In this document: in pieces, positions 10,216 through 20,719 of the stretch
How positions within the stretch are numbered: the stretch's first letter is position 1
How the letters are laid out: each line of letters opens with the position of its first letter
Assembly (NCBI GenBank): GCA_964416205.1
Contig: CAYQDC010000001.1
Coordinates: forward strand, 7,822-71,821
Direction of reading: 5' to 3'
Length of the DNA stretch: 64,000 nucleotides
Source of the DNA: an uncultured Acetobacter sp.
Lineage (GTDB): Bacteria > Pseudomonadota > Alphaproteobacteria > RF32 > CAG-239
Notes under the pieces: model-generated
What the model saw: the letters and a program-made list of their open reading frames with translations, nothing else
Database searches by the model: none
Told to the model about the DNA's origin: nothing
Program-made: the position numbers and the translations under genes

Positions 10216-10719
10216 ATGTCAGAAGAATACAGCTTGGAAGAGGAGTGCGATTCGGAAAGTTGCTTTGCAGATTTGTCGGATGTTGAGCCTCTGTTTTGGA
10301 ACAGAAAGCCATTGGAACAGATGAGCAAACGGGAATGGGAGTTGCTTTGCGATGGTTGTGGCAAGTGTTGTCTGAATAAATTGGAAATAAAAGGAAAAAT
10401 ATATTTTACAAATACTTACTGCCGTTTTTTGAATACAAAAAGCTGTTTGTGTAAAATTTACACCCATCGTTTCCAAAAAGTTAACGATTGCCGTGATATA
10501 AATACATCTACGATTCGAGAGAAACCTCGCTGGCTCCCGAAAACTTGTGCATACATACTGTTGGACGAGGGAAGGCCTTTGCCGGCATGGCATCCGCTGA
10601 TAAGCGGGCGTGCTACGTCTGTTCATGAAGCTGGCATGTCTCTCCAAGAAAGAATATTAATAAGTGAATCTGAGGTAACTGACTATGAAAATTATATTGT
10701 TGAGTGGGAAGACCTTTGA
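10216..10719 (+). CDS. YcgN/UPF0260-like cysteine-rich protein, longer paralog
   Basis: CDGCGKCCL ... CRF ... WLPKTCAY; ends EWEDL; tandem paralog of 9509..9904. Confidence 0.65.
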   Translation: MSEEYSLEEECDSESCFADLSDVEPLFWNRKPLEQMSKREWELLCDGCGKCCLNKLEIKGKIYFTNTYCRFLNTKSCLCKIYTHRFQKVNDCRDINTSTIREKPRWLPKTCAYILLDEGRPLPAWHPLISGRATSVHEAGMSLQERILISESEVTDYENYIVEWEDL

Positions 10720-11398
10720 AATCAATGCCGATTTGGGCTTTGATATGAAAGTGATTCATTCCGGGCGTTCACGCCGTTTGACACTCCGCATAGATAAAAA
10801 AGACCGTATGGCTATTCTGACGATTCCGAAATATTGTTCGCGCAAAAAGGCCGTTTCGTTTGTAGAAAGCCATCAGGACTGGGTAAGGGATAATCTGAGC
10901 AAGATACCCGAGCTGAAGTATTTTCAGAATCATGACAAGATAAGTTTGTTTGGCCATGAATACACCATAGAACACAGTCCGATCCGCGGTAACACCAGGT
11001 TAGATAAAAAAAATCGCATTTTGTATGTTTCCGGCGGTATAGAGTTTTTGCACCGCCGTGTAAAAGATTTTATCAAAAAACTCGCACTGGAAGAATTTAC
11101 TGTACGCTCTCAGAAAGTTGCAGACCTGATTGGCAAAACGGTACATAATATCTGTATAAAAGACACAAAATCGCGCTGGGCAAGTTGTTCCACGTTAAAT
11201 AACATCAATTACAGCTGGCGCCTGGCTCTGGCTCCAGATTTTGTGATTCGCTATATCGTGGCACATGAAGTTTCGCACTTGAAACACCAGGATCATTCGC
11301 CGTATTTTTGGGCACTAGTGGAATTTTTGGATGAAGATGCTGCTCGTGGCAGAGAATGGCTGACAGAAAACGGTCACGTGCTGTATATGTATAAATAG
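10685..11398 (+). CDS. YgjP-like metal-dependent hydrolase (DUF45/M48-like)
   Basis: HExxH zinc motif AHEVSHLKH near C-terminus; size ~235 aa; true start may be an internal Met. Confidence 0.7.
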   Translation: MKIILLSGKTFEINADLGFDMKVIHSGRSRRLTLRIDKKDRMAILTIPKYCSRKKAVSFVESHQDWVRDNLSKIPELKYFQNHDKISLFGHEYTIEHSPIRGNTRLDKKNRILYVSGGIEFLHRRVKDFIKKLALEEFTVRSQKVADLIGKTVHNICIKDTKSRWASCSTLNNINYSWRLALAPDFVIRYIVAHEVSHLKHQDHSPYFWALVEFLDEDAARGREWLTENGHVLYMYK

Positions 11399-11955
11399 CA
11401 AAAAAGAGGAAAAAGCGGAAAGAGGTATATGTTTTTCTCATTATTTTTCTTATCCGCTTGCCAGATAATCCAGGAAGAAATGTCGTTCATCAATCCCATA
11501 TTTTACAGCAAAATGGAGTCGTTGAATAATATGTGAGATATAAAAATACCCCCCCCCGACGACATTTGACATAGACAACCGCCACAGCACGACCTGATAC
11601 AAAGATTGCAAAATGAGGGAAAAGTAACAGTAAAAAGAGAGTATTGTAACTGCACGTACCAATTGAACAAAATGCAGAGCTTACAAGATATCTAAGGTAT
11701 AAGAACAGAAAAAACTCCACCTGTGTTATAAAAAATCAATACCCAAAAAAATTTAGCCTAGGATGGTGTAACTTTTTAGTTATATATTCATATCTTTTCA
11801 TTATAAAACTAACAAAAAAGCCACATTTAAGCTAAACGTGACTTATAGACAAAACAAAAAAGCTTCCAAAAACTAAAAGGAAAATTTCCCATTAGTAAGA
11901 AACTATAAACAACCTATGACACAAAGTTAATATATTGTCTCATTGATTATAAAAT

Positions 11956-12417
11956 TTATAATCCATCGTCTTTACGCGTCGGCTGAACTGGCATATAACC
12001 GACCCCACCGAAATATTTCTCCATAAAGGTCTCTTCGCTACCCAAAACTGGCGTGGTATCTTTTGAAATCGTAATGTTCCGACCGTTTTCCTTAGTCAGT
12101 TCTACGACTTTTTGTACCTTGCCGTCATGATCAAACTCTATGGCCAACACGTTGCGTTCCAGCTCCTCCGGCTCAAAAAAAGCCATTCTTTTCATCGTCG
12201 AGTTCATATAAATCCAAGTTCGGTGGTCAAGGCTGGTAATCACACTGGGCGAACCTAAAAGCTGCCGAACGTCACTTTGTGCCATTCCTCGTTTAATCTG
12301 CATAACATCGTCTTTGGTCGGTATATTCCCTTCCGTCTGGATAAAATACTCGTTGGAACACGCCCCGAGCATCATCACGACCGCAGCCGTTGAAAAAAAA
12401 ACTTTGTTTATTGACAT
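11956..12417 (-). CDS. bamE: BamE/SmpA-OmlA-like outer-membrane lipoprotein
   Basis: Lipobox MMLGAC, IKRGMAQSDVRQLLGSP SmpA/OmlA motif; start at ATG 12417. Confidence 0.65.
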   Translation of the reverse strand: MSINKVFFSTAAVVMMLGACSNEYFIQTEGNIPTKDDVMQIKRGMAQSDVRQLLGSPSVITSLDHRTWIYMNSTMKRMAFFEPEELERNVLAIEFDHDGKVQKVVELTKENGRNITISKDTTPVLGSEETFMEKYFGGVGYMPVQPTRKDDGL

Positions 12418-12477
12418 AGCGCTATCCTTACAATTATATAATGAACAATATAAGCCTATATCACAAGGAAAAAAGGA

Positions 12478-12990
12478 ATGCAAAAAGATTTTTCTTATCC
12501 GTTGAAAATTGAGGATATCAATCAGGGCGAACAGGAATACAAACTTTTGGCCAATAAGGCGCAGTTGGAAACACTACGGGAAATTCTGCAAGTTCCTGCT
12601 GTGAATTATTTTGAGGCAGACATTAGATTAAAATTTCAAAAAAAACGTGGCATTCTTAATGTTTCTGGGCAGGTGCGCGCCAGTTTGGGGTTGATAAGTG
12701 TCATTTCTCTGGAGCCGTTTGACCGCGATTATAAAACCGATTTTACATTGACTTATGATACGAATGCCACTTATGAGCAAATCCGAGAAATGGATGATGG
12801 GATAGAAATCGACGTGCCGGATATAGTCATTGGCGGCAAGATAAATTTGGGTGATATCGCGATTGAGCAGCTGGCGCTGGTGATGGAAGACCATCCTCGG
12901 CAGGCAGGTGAAGAATTTTCCCCACAAATAGAAGACTATACGCCACTACGAGAAAATCCGTTTGCCGTCCTGTCAAAATTGAAAAAGTGA
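12478..12990 (+). CDS. yceD: YceD/DUF177-like protein
   Basis: Acidic ~170-aa protein directly upstream of rpmF-plsX-fabH as in many bacteria. Confidence 0.55.
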   Translation: MQKDFSYPLKIEDINQGEQEYKLLANKAQLETLREILQVPAVNYFEADIRLKFQKKRGILNVSGQVRASLGLISVISLEPFDRDYKTDFTLTYDTNATYEQIREMDDGIEIDVPDIVIGGKINLGDIAIEQLALVMEDHPRQAGEEFSPQIEDYTPLRENPFAVLSKLKK

Positions 12991-13026
12991 TTAAAAAACA
13001 AAGGTCGTCTTTTTTTCATACAATAA

Positions 13027-13062
13027 GAATGCCATTCCCTTTTTCATAGGGAGCGGCATTCT
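13027..13062. terminator. bidirectional terminator hairpin between convergent genes
   Basis: GAATGCCATTCCCT-ttttcat-AGGGAGCGGCATTC inverted repeat with flanking T/A runs. Confidence 0.5.
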
Positions 13063-13095
13063 CATGAGAAGATTTTCGCTTAGCGTAAAAAAACT

Positions 13096-13830
13096 TCATA
13101 CATCACAGAGAACTTTTTGCTTTTTCCTCAAAAGTACAATCATTTCTCGGGTACCAGTTCTAAAGATTTCTTCTATCAGCTCGAGGGGAAGCTGATAGTA
13201 TTTAATCAAATCCATCTTTACAAGATCACCACACCAACCAAAATAATTGTTTCTTCCATTGTCTCCGTGGAAAATTTTCAGTACCTGCTCTTTGGGCAGC
13301 CTTTGCAGCCACGACAAACAGCGCATAAGATTACCCTCATTTTCGCGGACGATTTTATCAAAAAGCTCATCCGGAATCCTTTCCTTTTTTGTTGCCAAAA
13401 GGTTGATTTCGTCTTCGGTAAATTTGTAACGGTAACCGTAACAAAAAGTTTTCACTAGTCGTTTGGGCTCCACCAGATGATATTTCGCCAGAAATTCCAG
13501 AAGCTTAAGCCCACCATCATCTACGTAAAGCTCAGCCAGAAGAGTTGACGGAACGCTTCCTCTGTCAGCCAGACAGTTAATAACCTCATCGGTAGATAAA
13601 CTGCCAAAGGCATGAAACACGAGGCTTATTAGCCTTTTGTTGCCGGAGTCAATAATCGTTTTTACTGAGCACGGAGAAAGCTCACAACAAAACCCACTTC
13701 GACTCATCAATAATGCCAATAAAGCATAATCCTCAGTAGCAACAACGTCTTGTTCCAGAGTATCAGTACCTATCTGGTTAATGATACGGTAGGCCAAAAT
13801 CTCTCTTTCATGCATGTTTAAATTTTTCAT
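13096..13830 (-). CDS. hypothetical protein (244 aa) inserted between yceD and rpmF
   Basis: Long ORF on opposite strand to the conserved cluster; no motifs recognised. Confidence 0.45.
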   Translation of the reverse strand: MKNLNMHEREILAYRIINQIGTDTLEQDVVATEDYALLALLMSRSGFCCELSPCSVKTIIDSGNKRLISLVFHAFGSLSTDEVINCLADRGSVPSTLLAELYVDDGGLKLLEFLAKYHLVEPKRLVKTFCYGYRYKFTEDEINLLATKKERIPDELFDKIVRENEGNLMRCLSWLQRLPKEQVLKIFHGDNGRNNYFGWCGDLVKMDLIKYYQLPLELIEEIFRTGTREMIVLLRKKQKVLCDV

Positions 13831-14201
13831 AATTAGGTTTTAATAATAAGACAAATCTATACATTATACAATTTCATTGTATCATATTTTTCAGCAGTGT
13901 TCAAGAAAAAAAGTTTTATGTATTTTTTAATTTAGTAAACAACAACCGTTGGTTATTTAACGTATTATTTTGGTTGGTATAGTGATCTTGTAAAGATAAG
14001 TTTTTTGTCGGCATACGGCAACAAAGAGCAAAAAGTTGTTTTGTCACGGTATTATGCGAAAAACTTAAAAAAGTAAAAAAAACTCTTGCCAAATAGATTT
14101 TTTTTATATAAAAGCAAACTCAGAAACCCTTGTGTAATTCTGTTACGGATTTTACAAGAGTTGTTTGTGTCAAATAAATTTTTAATTAAAGAGTTAAAGA
14201 A

Positions 14202-14390
14202 ATGGCTACACCAAAGAAGAAAACATCGCAATCTCGCCGCAATATGCGCCGTTCGCATGATGCTTTGCAGCCCAATGCTTATCATGAATGCCCGAACTGT
14301 GGTGAATTGAAGAGACCTCATAACGTTTGCCCGAAATGCGGCCAGTATGATGGTAAAGAAGTAATTGCTCAGAGAAAAGAAGAAGTGTAA
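14202..14390 (+). CDS. rpmF: 50S ribosomal protein L32
   Basis: [19 protein letters not shown]... with CPNCG..CPKCG zinc ribbon. Confidence 0.9.
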   Translation: MATPKKKTSQSRRNMRRSHDALQPNAYHECPNCGELKRPHNVCPKCGQYDGKEVIAQRKEEV

Positions 14391-14424
14391 TTATCTGACA
14401 GATTTTTAATTTTAATCTATTTTT

Positions 14425-15489
14425 ATGGAGCAAGTTTTGTCTGAAAATAATCTGGTCATATCAATAGATGCTATGGGGGGGGATAAATCCCCCAAAGTAG
14501 TAATTGAGGGCTTAGTTCTAGCACATAAAAGAAACCCCGATATCCGATTTCTTGTTTATGGCGACAAGCTGAAAGTAAGCGCGGAAATTGACAAATTTCC
14601 TGCTTTAAAAGATGCCTGTCAGATTTTTCATACGGAAGAATTTGTCCATAATGAAGATAAGCCATCACACGTCATTCGCAATCGCGAAACCAGTATGTAT
14701 AAAGCCGTGGAAGCCGTTAAGAAAGGTGAAGCGATGGCTGTTGTTTCTGCCGGAAACACGGGAGCGCTGATGGCTATTTCCAAATTGCTGTTGAAGACAA
14801 TTCACAAAATACACCGCCCCGCGATTGTCAGCATTATGCCACATATTAATGGGCGCTATGTTATGTTGGATTTGGGTGCTAACACTGAATGCGACGGTAT
14901 CAATTTGGCAGAATTTGCCATTATGGGCAATATTTTTGCCAAATATTCGCTGGGAATTGAAAGGCCACGAGTCGCCCTAATGAATATTGGAGCAGAAGAG
15001 ATGAAAGGCAAGGGCGAAATCCACGTAGCCGCCCATATCATCAAAAATACCCATTTAAACTTAAACTTTATCGGATACATCGAGCCACATGAAATTCCAA
15101 ATGACAAGGCGGACGTTGTTATTGCCGATGGTTTTTCTGGTAACATTGCCTTAAAGTCGGTAGAAGGTACCAGCCAGTTGTTAATGCGACTGATAAAAAA
15201 GTCTGTCAAGCAGTCGTTCTTAGCCAAGATTGGTTTGCCGTTTATGTTTGGTGCTATGAAAAAATTAAAAAAGACAATGGATCCACGTTTGTATAACGGG
15301 GCCATGTTTGTAGGCTTAAATGGCTTGTCAGTTAAAAGTCACGGAGGGACGGATGCTTTCGGATTTTCTGTTGCGGTGGAAAATGCTGCACGTCTGGTAC
15401 GCAAAGACTTTGTCGGTTCTATCCGCCGCGAGTTGGAAAATATAGATTTGGATGAATTATCACAGGAAGCTTGCTATGAAGTGTATTAG
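14425..15489 (+). CDS. plsX: phosphate acyltransferase PlsX
   Basis: ISIDAMGGD N-terminus, SAGNTGALM motif, ~354 aa. Confidence 0.9.
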   Translation: MEQVLSENNLVISIDAMGGDKSPKVVIEGLVLAHKRNPDIRFLVYGDKLKVSAEIDKFPALKDACQIFHTEEFVHNEDKPSHVIRNRETSMYKAVEAVKKGEAMAVVSAGNTGALMAISKLLLKTIHKIHRPAIVSIMPHINGRYVMLDLGANTECDGINLAEFAIMGNIFAKYSLGIERPRVALMNIGAEEMKGKGEIHVAAHIIKNTHLNLNFIGYIEPHEIPNDKADVVIADGFSGNIALKSVEGTSQLLMRLIKKSVKQSFLAKIGLPFMFGAMKKLKKTMDPRLYNGAMFVGLNGLSVKSHGGTDAFGFSVAVENAARLVRKDFVGSIRRELENIDLDELSQEACYEVY

Positions 15490-16456
15490 AACGGAAATCA
15501 TCGGTTGCGGACATTATTTGCCGGCCAAGATATTAACAAATGATGATTTATCAAAGATGGTAGAAACCAATGACGAGTGGATAAGTACACGCACGGGGAT
15601 TCGCTCACGCCATATTGTAGCCGAAGGAGAACTAACATCGGATATGGCTATACACGCCGTGGAAATGGCAATGAAAAAAGCTTCCGTGACAGCAAAAGAT
15701 TTAGACCTGGTTATTGTGGCAACATTAACCCCGGATAATACAACGCCTTCGGTAGCCGCTCGTGTTGCCGGAAAGCTTGGGGTTAAGCCAGGAATGCCAG
15801 CGTTTGATATCGGCGCCGCCTGTTCAGGCTTTGTTTATGCTATCACAATGGTGGACAACATGGTGCGTCTGGGACAGATCAAGACCGCAGCGGTCATCGG
15901 CGTGGAAAGCATGTCCAAAGTAACCGATTGGACAGACCGTAATACCTGCGTTTTATTTGGCGATGGTGCAGGAGCAGTTATTGTCCGAGCCAAAGAAGGT
16001 GATGGTACTCCTACAGATACTGGGGTTCTGGCAACCAAACTGTATGCGGACGGAACTGAATATGAGCAACTATATACAACCGGTGGCGTTTCATTAACCC
16101 AAAATGCCGGTTTTGTTCGTATGAACGGTAAAGAAGTCTTCAAATTCGCAGTCGGTGCAATGACCGATGCGTGCTACAACGTTATGGAGCAGGCCGGTAT
16201 CTCAGCAGAAAATATAGACTGGTTGTTGCCGCATCAGGCTAATATCCGGATTATAGCTGGAGTTGGGCAAAAACTGGGTATTCCGACCGAAAAAGTAATC
16301 ATTACCGTGGATCATCACGGTAATACATCGGCAGCTTCCATTCCGTTGGCATTATCCGAGTCAGTAGCCGGCGACAAAATCAAAAAAGGAGACATGGTGC
16401 TGATTCCAGCTATGGGGGCGGGCTTTACGTGGGGTGGACTTTTGGTAAGATTTTGA
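15476..16456 (+). CDS. fabH: 3-oxoacyl-ACP synthase III
   Basis: Active-site region AFDIGAACSGF, HQANIRI and GAGFTWG motifs; 14-nt overlap with plsX stop. Confidence 0.9.
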   Translation: MKCIRTEIIGCGHYLPAKILTNDDLSKMVETNDEWISTRTGIRSRHIVAEGELTSDMAIHAVEMAMKKASVTAKDLDLVIVATLTPDNTTPSVAARVAGKLGVKPGMPAFDIGAACSGFVYAITMVDNMVRLGQIKTAAVIGVESMSKVTDWTDRNTCVLFGDGAGAVIVRAKEGDGTPTDTGVLATKLYADGTEYEQLYTTGGVSLTQNAGFVRMNGKEVFKFAVGAMTDACYNVMEQAGISAENIDWLLPHQANIRIIAGVGQKLGIPTEKVIITVDHHGNTSAASIPLALSESVAGDKIKKGDMVLIPAMGAGFTWGGLLVRF

Positions 16457-16571
16457 ATGTAAACCATAAAAAATTACTATGCATAATTTAACGGAAGTAT
16501 TGAATTGTTTTATACGCAGATTATACTCTAAGACAGGAATGATAATTATTTATTTTGAGGAAAGGTAAAAC

Positions 16572-16880
16572 ATGACAACGATAACTCGTGCCGATATCGC
16601 AGAAAAGATTTGTGAAGAAATAGGATTGTCGCGCAAAGATGCTGGTGACATCTTAGATATGGTTATTGATGAAATCAAAAGCGAGCTGGTAGCCGGTCGC
16701 GATGTAAAAATATCATCTTTTGGGTCGTTTTTGTTGCGACATAAGAATGCCCGCATCGGCCGTAACCCAAAAACCGGCGTGGAAGCGGAAATTACGCCAC
16801 GTACGGTCATTTCTTTCCGACCATCCCAAGGGCTGAAAATCGCTGTCAACAAAATAGCGGATGCTGGTTCGGATAAATAA
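16572..16880 (+). CDS. ihfA: integration host factor alpha subunit (HU/IHF family)
   Basis: HU/IHF fold signature GSFLLRHKNARIGRNPKTG; location after fabH as in Alphaproteobacteria. Confidence 0.75.
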   Translation: MTTITRADIAEKICEEIGLSRKDAGDILDMVIDEIKSELVAGRDVKISSFGSFLLRHKNARIGRNPKTGVEAEITPRTVISFRPSQGLKIAVNKIADAGSDK

Positions 16881-16907
16881 TTCGGAATAGTTAAGATAAA
16901 AGTTAGA

Positions 16908-16948
16908 AGGGCGGTTGGAACAGTGACAGAGTAAACCGTCCTTTTGTT
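16908..16948 (+). terminator. rho-independent terminator after ihfA
   Basis: AGGGCGGTT ... AACCGTCCT stem followed by TTTTGTT. Confidence 0.4.
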
Positions 16949-16968
16949 ATAAAAAAGGAGAAGACGGA

Positions 16969-17382
16969 ATGAGTGTAAATAAATCAAAATCGGCATTTCG
17001 CAGCATTGCAGAAGTTTCGGAAGACCTGGGGGTTGCACCGCATGTGTTACGTTTTTGGGAAACAAAATTTGTTCAGATAAAGCCTATGAAAACCAAAAGT
17101 TCTCGTCGTTATTACCGTCCCGATGACGTTGCTCTTTTGGTATGCATAAAAGAGCTTTTGTATGAACGCCGGTATACTATAGAAGGAGTGCAAAAGCTGT
17201 TTAAAAACCGTTCAGCTAAGGATATTTTGGGAAAAGAAATTCTGAAAGATTTTTTTGAGGATGAAGAGCAATCTGCACCAAGACCCGTTGAGGTTATTTC
17301 CACTGTACCAGATATTACCGCTGCCATAGAGGAATTGCGTCACATAAGGAATGAGCTGGCATCAATGATTTCAGTCAGCTGA
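16969..17382 (+). CDS. MerR-family transcriptional regulator
   Basis: N-terminal MerR HTH ([22 protein letters not shown]) then coiled-coil. Confidence 0.75.
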   Translation: MSVNKSKSAFRSIAEVSEDLGVAPHVLRFWETKFVQIKPMKTKSSRRYYRPDDVALLVCIKELLYERRYTIEGVQKLFKNRSAKDILGKEILKDFFEDEEQSAPRPVEVISTVPDITAAIEELRHIRNELASMISVS

Positions 17383-17484
17383 GCGGCATCAAGCAATGAA
17401 GATTTTGTATTACTTGGCAAAAGGTCTTTACAAACCGCGGGCAGAAATTTATGCTGACCATACCAAATATCGTAAGGGTTGCTG

Positions 17485-18918
17485 ATGCAGAAAAAAAAAA
17501 TTACTAACTTCTTATTACCTTTATATCTGCTGACGTGGCTGACCGCAGCATTATATCTGGGAGCCGCACACGAACCTTTTGCCGATGAGGCACAGGCTTA
17601 TCTGATTGCACGTGATGCTTCTCTTTCAGAGTTGTTCGCCAGACTGGCGCGTATAGAAGGAACGCCACCTCTATGGTTTTTATGGTTGAAATTATGGTTA
17701 GCTTTGGGATTGCCGTATACATTGCTTTATACAACATCGATTTTGCCAAATTTTGTGGCAGTAGCATTGTTTGTTTACAAGTCGCCATTTTCGATATCGA
17801 TACGTTTTCTTTTTCCGCTGACATATTACATATTTTACCAGTATAATATTGTTTCACGTAATTATAGCCTGTTGTTTTTGGCTGTTGTCATCGTAGCAAT
17901 GGCATATCGTGGTCGCTGGCGTATGCCGTTAGGATATGCGGCGACATTGATGTTTATGGGAATGGTCTGCATGCATGCATTGGTGCTATCCGGAGCGTTG
18001 GCACTGATGTGGCTGTGTGAAATCTGTGCAGCACGCCATAAGTCGAAAACAAAACACTTGGAAATGAAAAAATTATCGGGATTATCCGGGCAAACCAAAG
18101 CTGCATTTCTGCTGTTAACGTTATATGGTCTTGGTAGTCTGGCTATGTTATGGCCGGCATCGTCCAACGAATATATGGCAGATTTTATCAATCAGCCAGC
18201 GTATATTATTCGCAATGTATTTCATCTGGTTTCCATGGGGCTTGTTGTTTCGGTTTGCAGTGTTCCTGAAAATTTATTGTACATTTACATCGGGATAATA
18301 TATTTTTTAGGCATGGTCATTTTGTTAACCCGTTATTTCAAAAAAGAATTTTTCTTTTTATTTTGTCCGTTACTGGTTTTTATGGTTCTTGTGCCGTTTA
18401 AGCCGTGGCATATAGGTATTTTGATTTTAACGGCACTGCTAATATGCTGGCAGCATGCAGAAAATAAAAAATATCCGCCGTTATGGCGCCTGGCAATGGT
18501 ACTCCTGTTTGCCATACAGATAAGTTGGAGTAAGTATGCCTTTGCCCGTGATAAAAAAGAAGTATATTCGTCGGGCAAAACAGTATATGAGTTTATACAA
18601 CAACAAGGTATTCCAATGGATAAAACTTTGCTAGTAATGTTTAATGCCGTTTCGGTCATTCCGTATAGTGACACAGGTTTCGGTAGCTACTGGGATTGGC
18701 AACAACACGGATATGTTCGCAAAATAAGCAGAAAACAGCTGGAAAATTGCCAGGCTTTTATTGTCAACGGAGAGTATTATGAGATATATAGAAAAGATTT
18801 GGACGCAAAACAAAAAGAATACGGATTTAAAGTAAAAAAATTTCCGAGTAGCCACTTTTTTGCAATAACGGACAAGTCATGGGATGAAACGCTGTATGTA
18901 TATTACAAAGGGAAGTAA
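17485..18918 (+). CDS. GT-C-fold (ArnT/PMT-like) membrane glycosyltransferase candidate, 477 aa
   Basis: Polytopic; first-loop acidic motif HEPFADEAQAYL as in GT39/GT83 enzymes; ATG at 17485 preferred over TTG 17479. Confidence 0.45.
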   Translation: MQKKKITNFLLPLYLLTWLTAALYLGAAHEPFADEAQAYLIARDASLSELFARLARIEGTPPLWFLWLKLWLALGLPYTLLYTTSILPNFVAVALFVYKSPFSISIRFLFPLTYYIFYQYNIVSRNYSLLFLAVVIVAMAYRGRWRMPLGYAATLMFMGMVCMHALVLSGALALMWLCEICAARHKSKTKHLEMKKLSGLSGQTKAAFLLLTLYGLGSLAMLWPASSNEYMADFINQPAYIIRNVFHLVSMGLVVSVCSVPENLLYIYIGIIYFLGMVILLTRYFKKEFFFLFCPLLVFMVLVPFKPWHIGILILTALLICWQHAENKKYPPLWRLAMVLLFAIQISWSKYAFARDKKEVYSSGKTVYEFIQQQGIPMDKTLLVMFNAVSVIPYSDTGFGSYWDWQQHGYVRKISRKQLENCQAFIVNGEYYEIYRKDLDAKQKEYGFKVKKFPSSHFFAITDKSWDETLYVYYKGK

Positions 18919-18974
18919 ATGAAAGTGCAAGCAGCGAGTATGAACAGCGGCAAAAAGAAAAGTGAGGAGAAAAA

Positions 18975-20471
18975 ATGACTCGGAGCTTATTTTTATGGGT
19001 ATATGCCACCTTAAATCTTGTTTTTCTATACTATCAAGGAACCTTTTTTATTGGCAATCATGACTGGGACTGGGTCAAAGGTACCACACAAGTTTTAAAC
19101 TTGGGTACTGGGCTTTTTGAGGGGCGTTACAGCAAATTCATTCTCAATACTGTGCTTTTTGGTGGTCAAATCATGCCTTTACTGAATACTTGGTTGGCAT
19201 TTGCATTGTTGGCCTTTGGGGCAAGCCTGTTACCGCATTACTGGCAGATAAAAGGACGAACAGCACAGACAATGGTGGCATTACTGCCGGCATTGCTACC
19301 ATTTGTTCTTGGCTGGCTTTATTTTCCGATAAACATTTTGGGCAATTTTATGGCAGTACCGGCAGTCATCGGCGGATTGATACTGGTTGAAAGAAAAGAG
19401 AAGGTAGCCATCATCACCGGTATGTTGTGTTTTTTACTGGCTCTGGGTGTATATCCGAGCGTTGTGGAAACGATGATCGTTTGCTGGGCTGTACGCTGTC
19501 TGCTGGCCTCAGCCGATGAGAGGAGAAAACAGGGGCAAGCACTGGTATGCATAATTGTCAGCCTTATTATATTCGCCATATTATTAAAAATTTTAAAAGC
19601 AGCCAGTATTGTTTATGCCGATCATTACAATATGCAGACGGCGTCGTTATGGGAGATGTTTGTCCGCCTGCCAGCTATGTCTGTTTTGATTTTGGAGCAA
19701 TTGGCGGACAGTGTGCCTTTTCAGCCATCATCTTTAAAAATATGCGGTTTGATATTGATAGTGGCGGCATTTATCTGTTCCCTGCAGCATGCGGTGTCTG
19801 TCATCAAAGTATTGTTGTTGTGGAGCATTGCTCTCGGTGCAACAGTATTAAGCGCCTGGGTAGCTGTCGTTTCAGATGAAGTAGCCTATATGCCACGGAT
19901 AAATTTCTACGGGTTGAATTTTATTTATGCCGGTGCTGCGGCCATATTATGGTCTTCCGACAAAAATATATGGAAAAATATAGCATTTGTTGTCGGCAGT
20001 ATTATGCTGTTTCTGGCCGTCAATGCCGATGTGGCGGCTCAAAAAGTGTGGCAAGCCGGAAAAATTGCGGAAGAAAGGCTAGTGGAACGCATTTCATCAC
20101 GGTTGGATGAACAAGGTGCCATCCGTTGGGAAACAGGGTTACGAACGCCGTGGATACCTGTTATTGCTGGCGAATTGCCACTGCGCCCGCGTTATTATGG
20201 TCGTCCGTATGAACATTCAGGATCCTATGTACTGAATGCTTCATTTATCGTTCGCCATATCCCGTCCGGTATGTTTAATTTTTATGCAGCCAGTCCTGTT
20301 TTTGCCGGATTGTCGCAAATAAGGGAAATAACGCCGGCGATGCGTGCCTTTTTGACACAGGACGGTCGTCCATGGCCAGCGGTATCTTCCGTATTTTTGG
20401 ATGAAAACTATGCTATTGTTTTACTAACTGTAGAAGGATTGGCAGCAATCAGAAATCAAATGCCGCAATAA
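18975..20471 (+). CDS. large polytopic membrane protein (498 aa), unknown function
   Basis: More than 10 hydrophobic helices; follows the GT-C-like gene in same orientation. Confidence 0.5.
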   Translation: MTRSLFLWVYATLNLVFLYYQGTFFIGNHDWDWVKGTTQVLNLGTGLFEGRYSKFILNTVLFGGQIMPLLNTWLAFALLAFGASLLPHYWQIKGRTAQTMVALLPALLPFVLGWLYFPINILGNFMAVPAVIGGLILVERKEKVAIITGMLCFLLALGVYPSVVETMIVCWAVRCLLASADERRKQGQALVCIIVSLIIFAILLKILKAASIVYADHYNMQTASLWEMFVRLPAMSVLILEQLADSVPFQPSSLKICGLILIVAAFICSLQHAVSVIKVLLLWSIALGATVLSAWVAVVSDEVAYMPRINFYGLNFIYAGAAAILWSSDKNIWKNIAFVVGSIMLFLAVNADVAAQKVWQAGKIAEERLVERISSRLDEQGAIRWETGLRTPWIPVIAGELPLRPRYYGRPYEHSGSYVLNASFIVRHIPSGMFNFYAASPVFAGLSQIREITPAMRAFLTQDGRPWPAVSSVFLDENYAIVLLTVEGLAAIRNQMPQ

Positions 20472-20666
20472 GGTTAAAAATAATTGAGCGTTTTTCTTTT
20501 ATTTCTTTTTCTTAGATGGTACGTTGGGCACGCTGCTTTTTGTTCTAACAGCCTGTATTTTTTTTCATTTTTGTCTTCGCAACTTTTCTTTGAATTTCGA
20601 TTTAAAAATGCCTGTTTCAGGGCGATTTTGACAGAATTTAGGGCTAACTGTTTTTTTACATCAGCT

Positions 20667-20698
20667 CTTGATTTTTCATCCTGTTTTTCCTACATAAT
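20667..20698 (+). promoter_or_regulatory. possible RpoH (sigma32)-type heat-shock promoter for clpB
   Basis: CTTGAT-18 nt-CCTACATAAT about 20 nt upstream of clpB RBS AAGGAG. Confidence 0.3.
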
Positions 20699-20719
20699 GA
20701 AGTAAAGGAGAAACAGAAT

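Noticed and set aside
15835-16143. 102-aa minus-strand ORF inside fabH
   Set aside because: Embedded antisense in a conserved gene.
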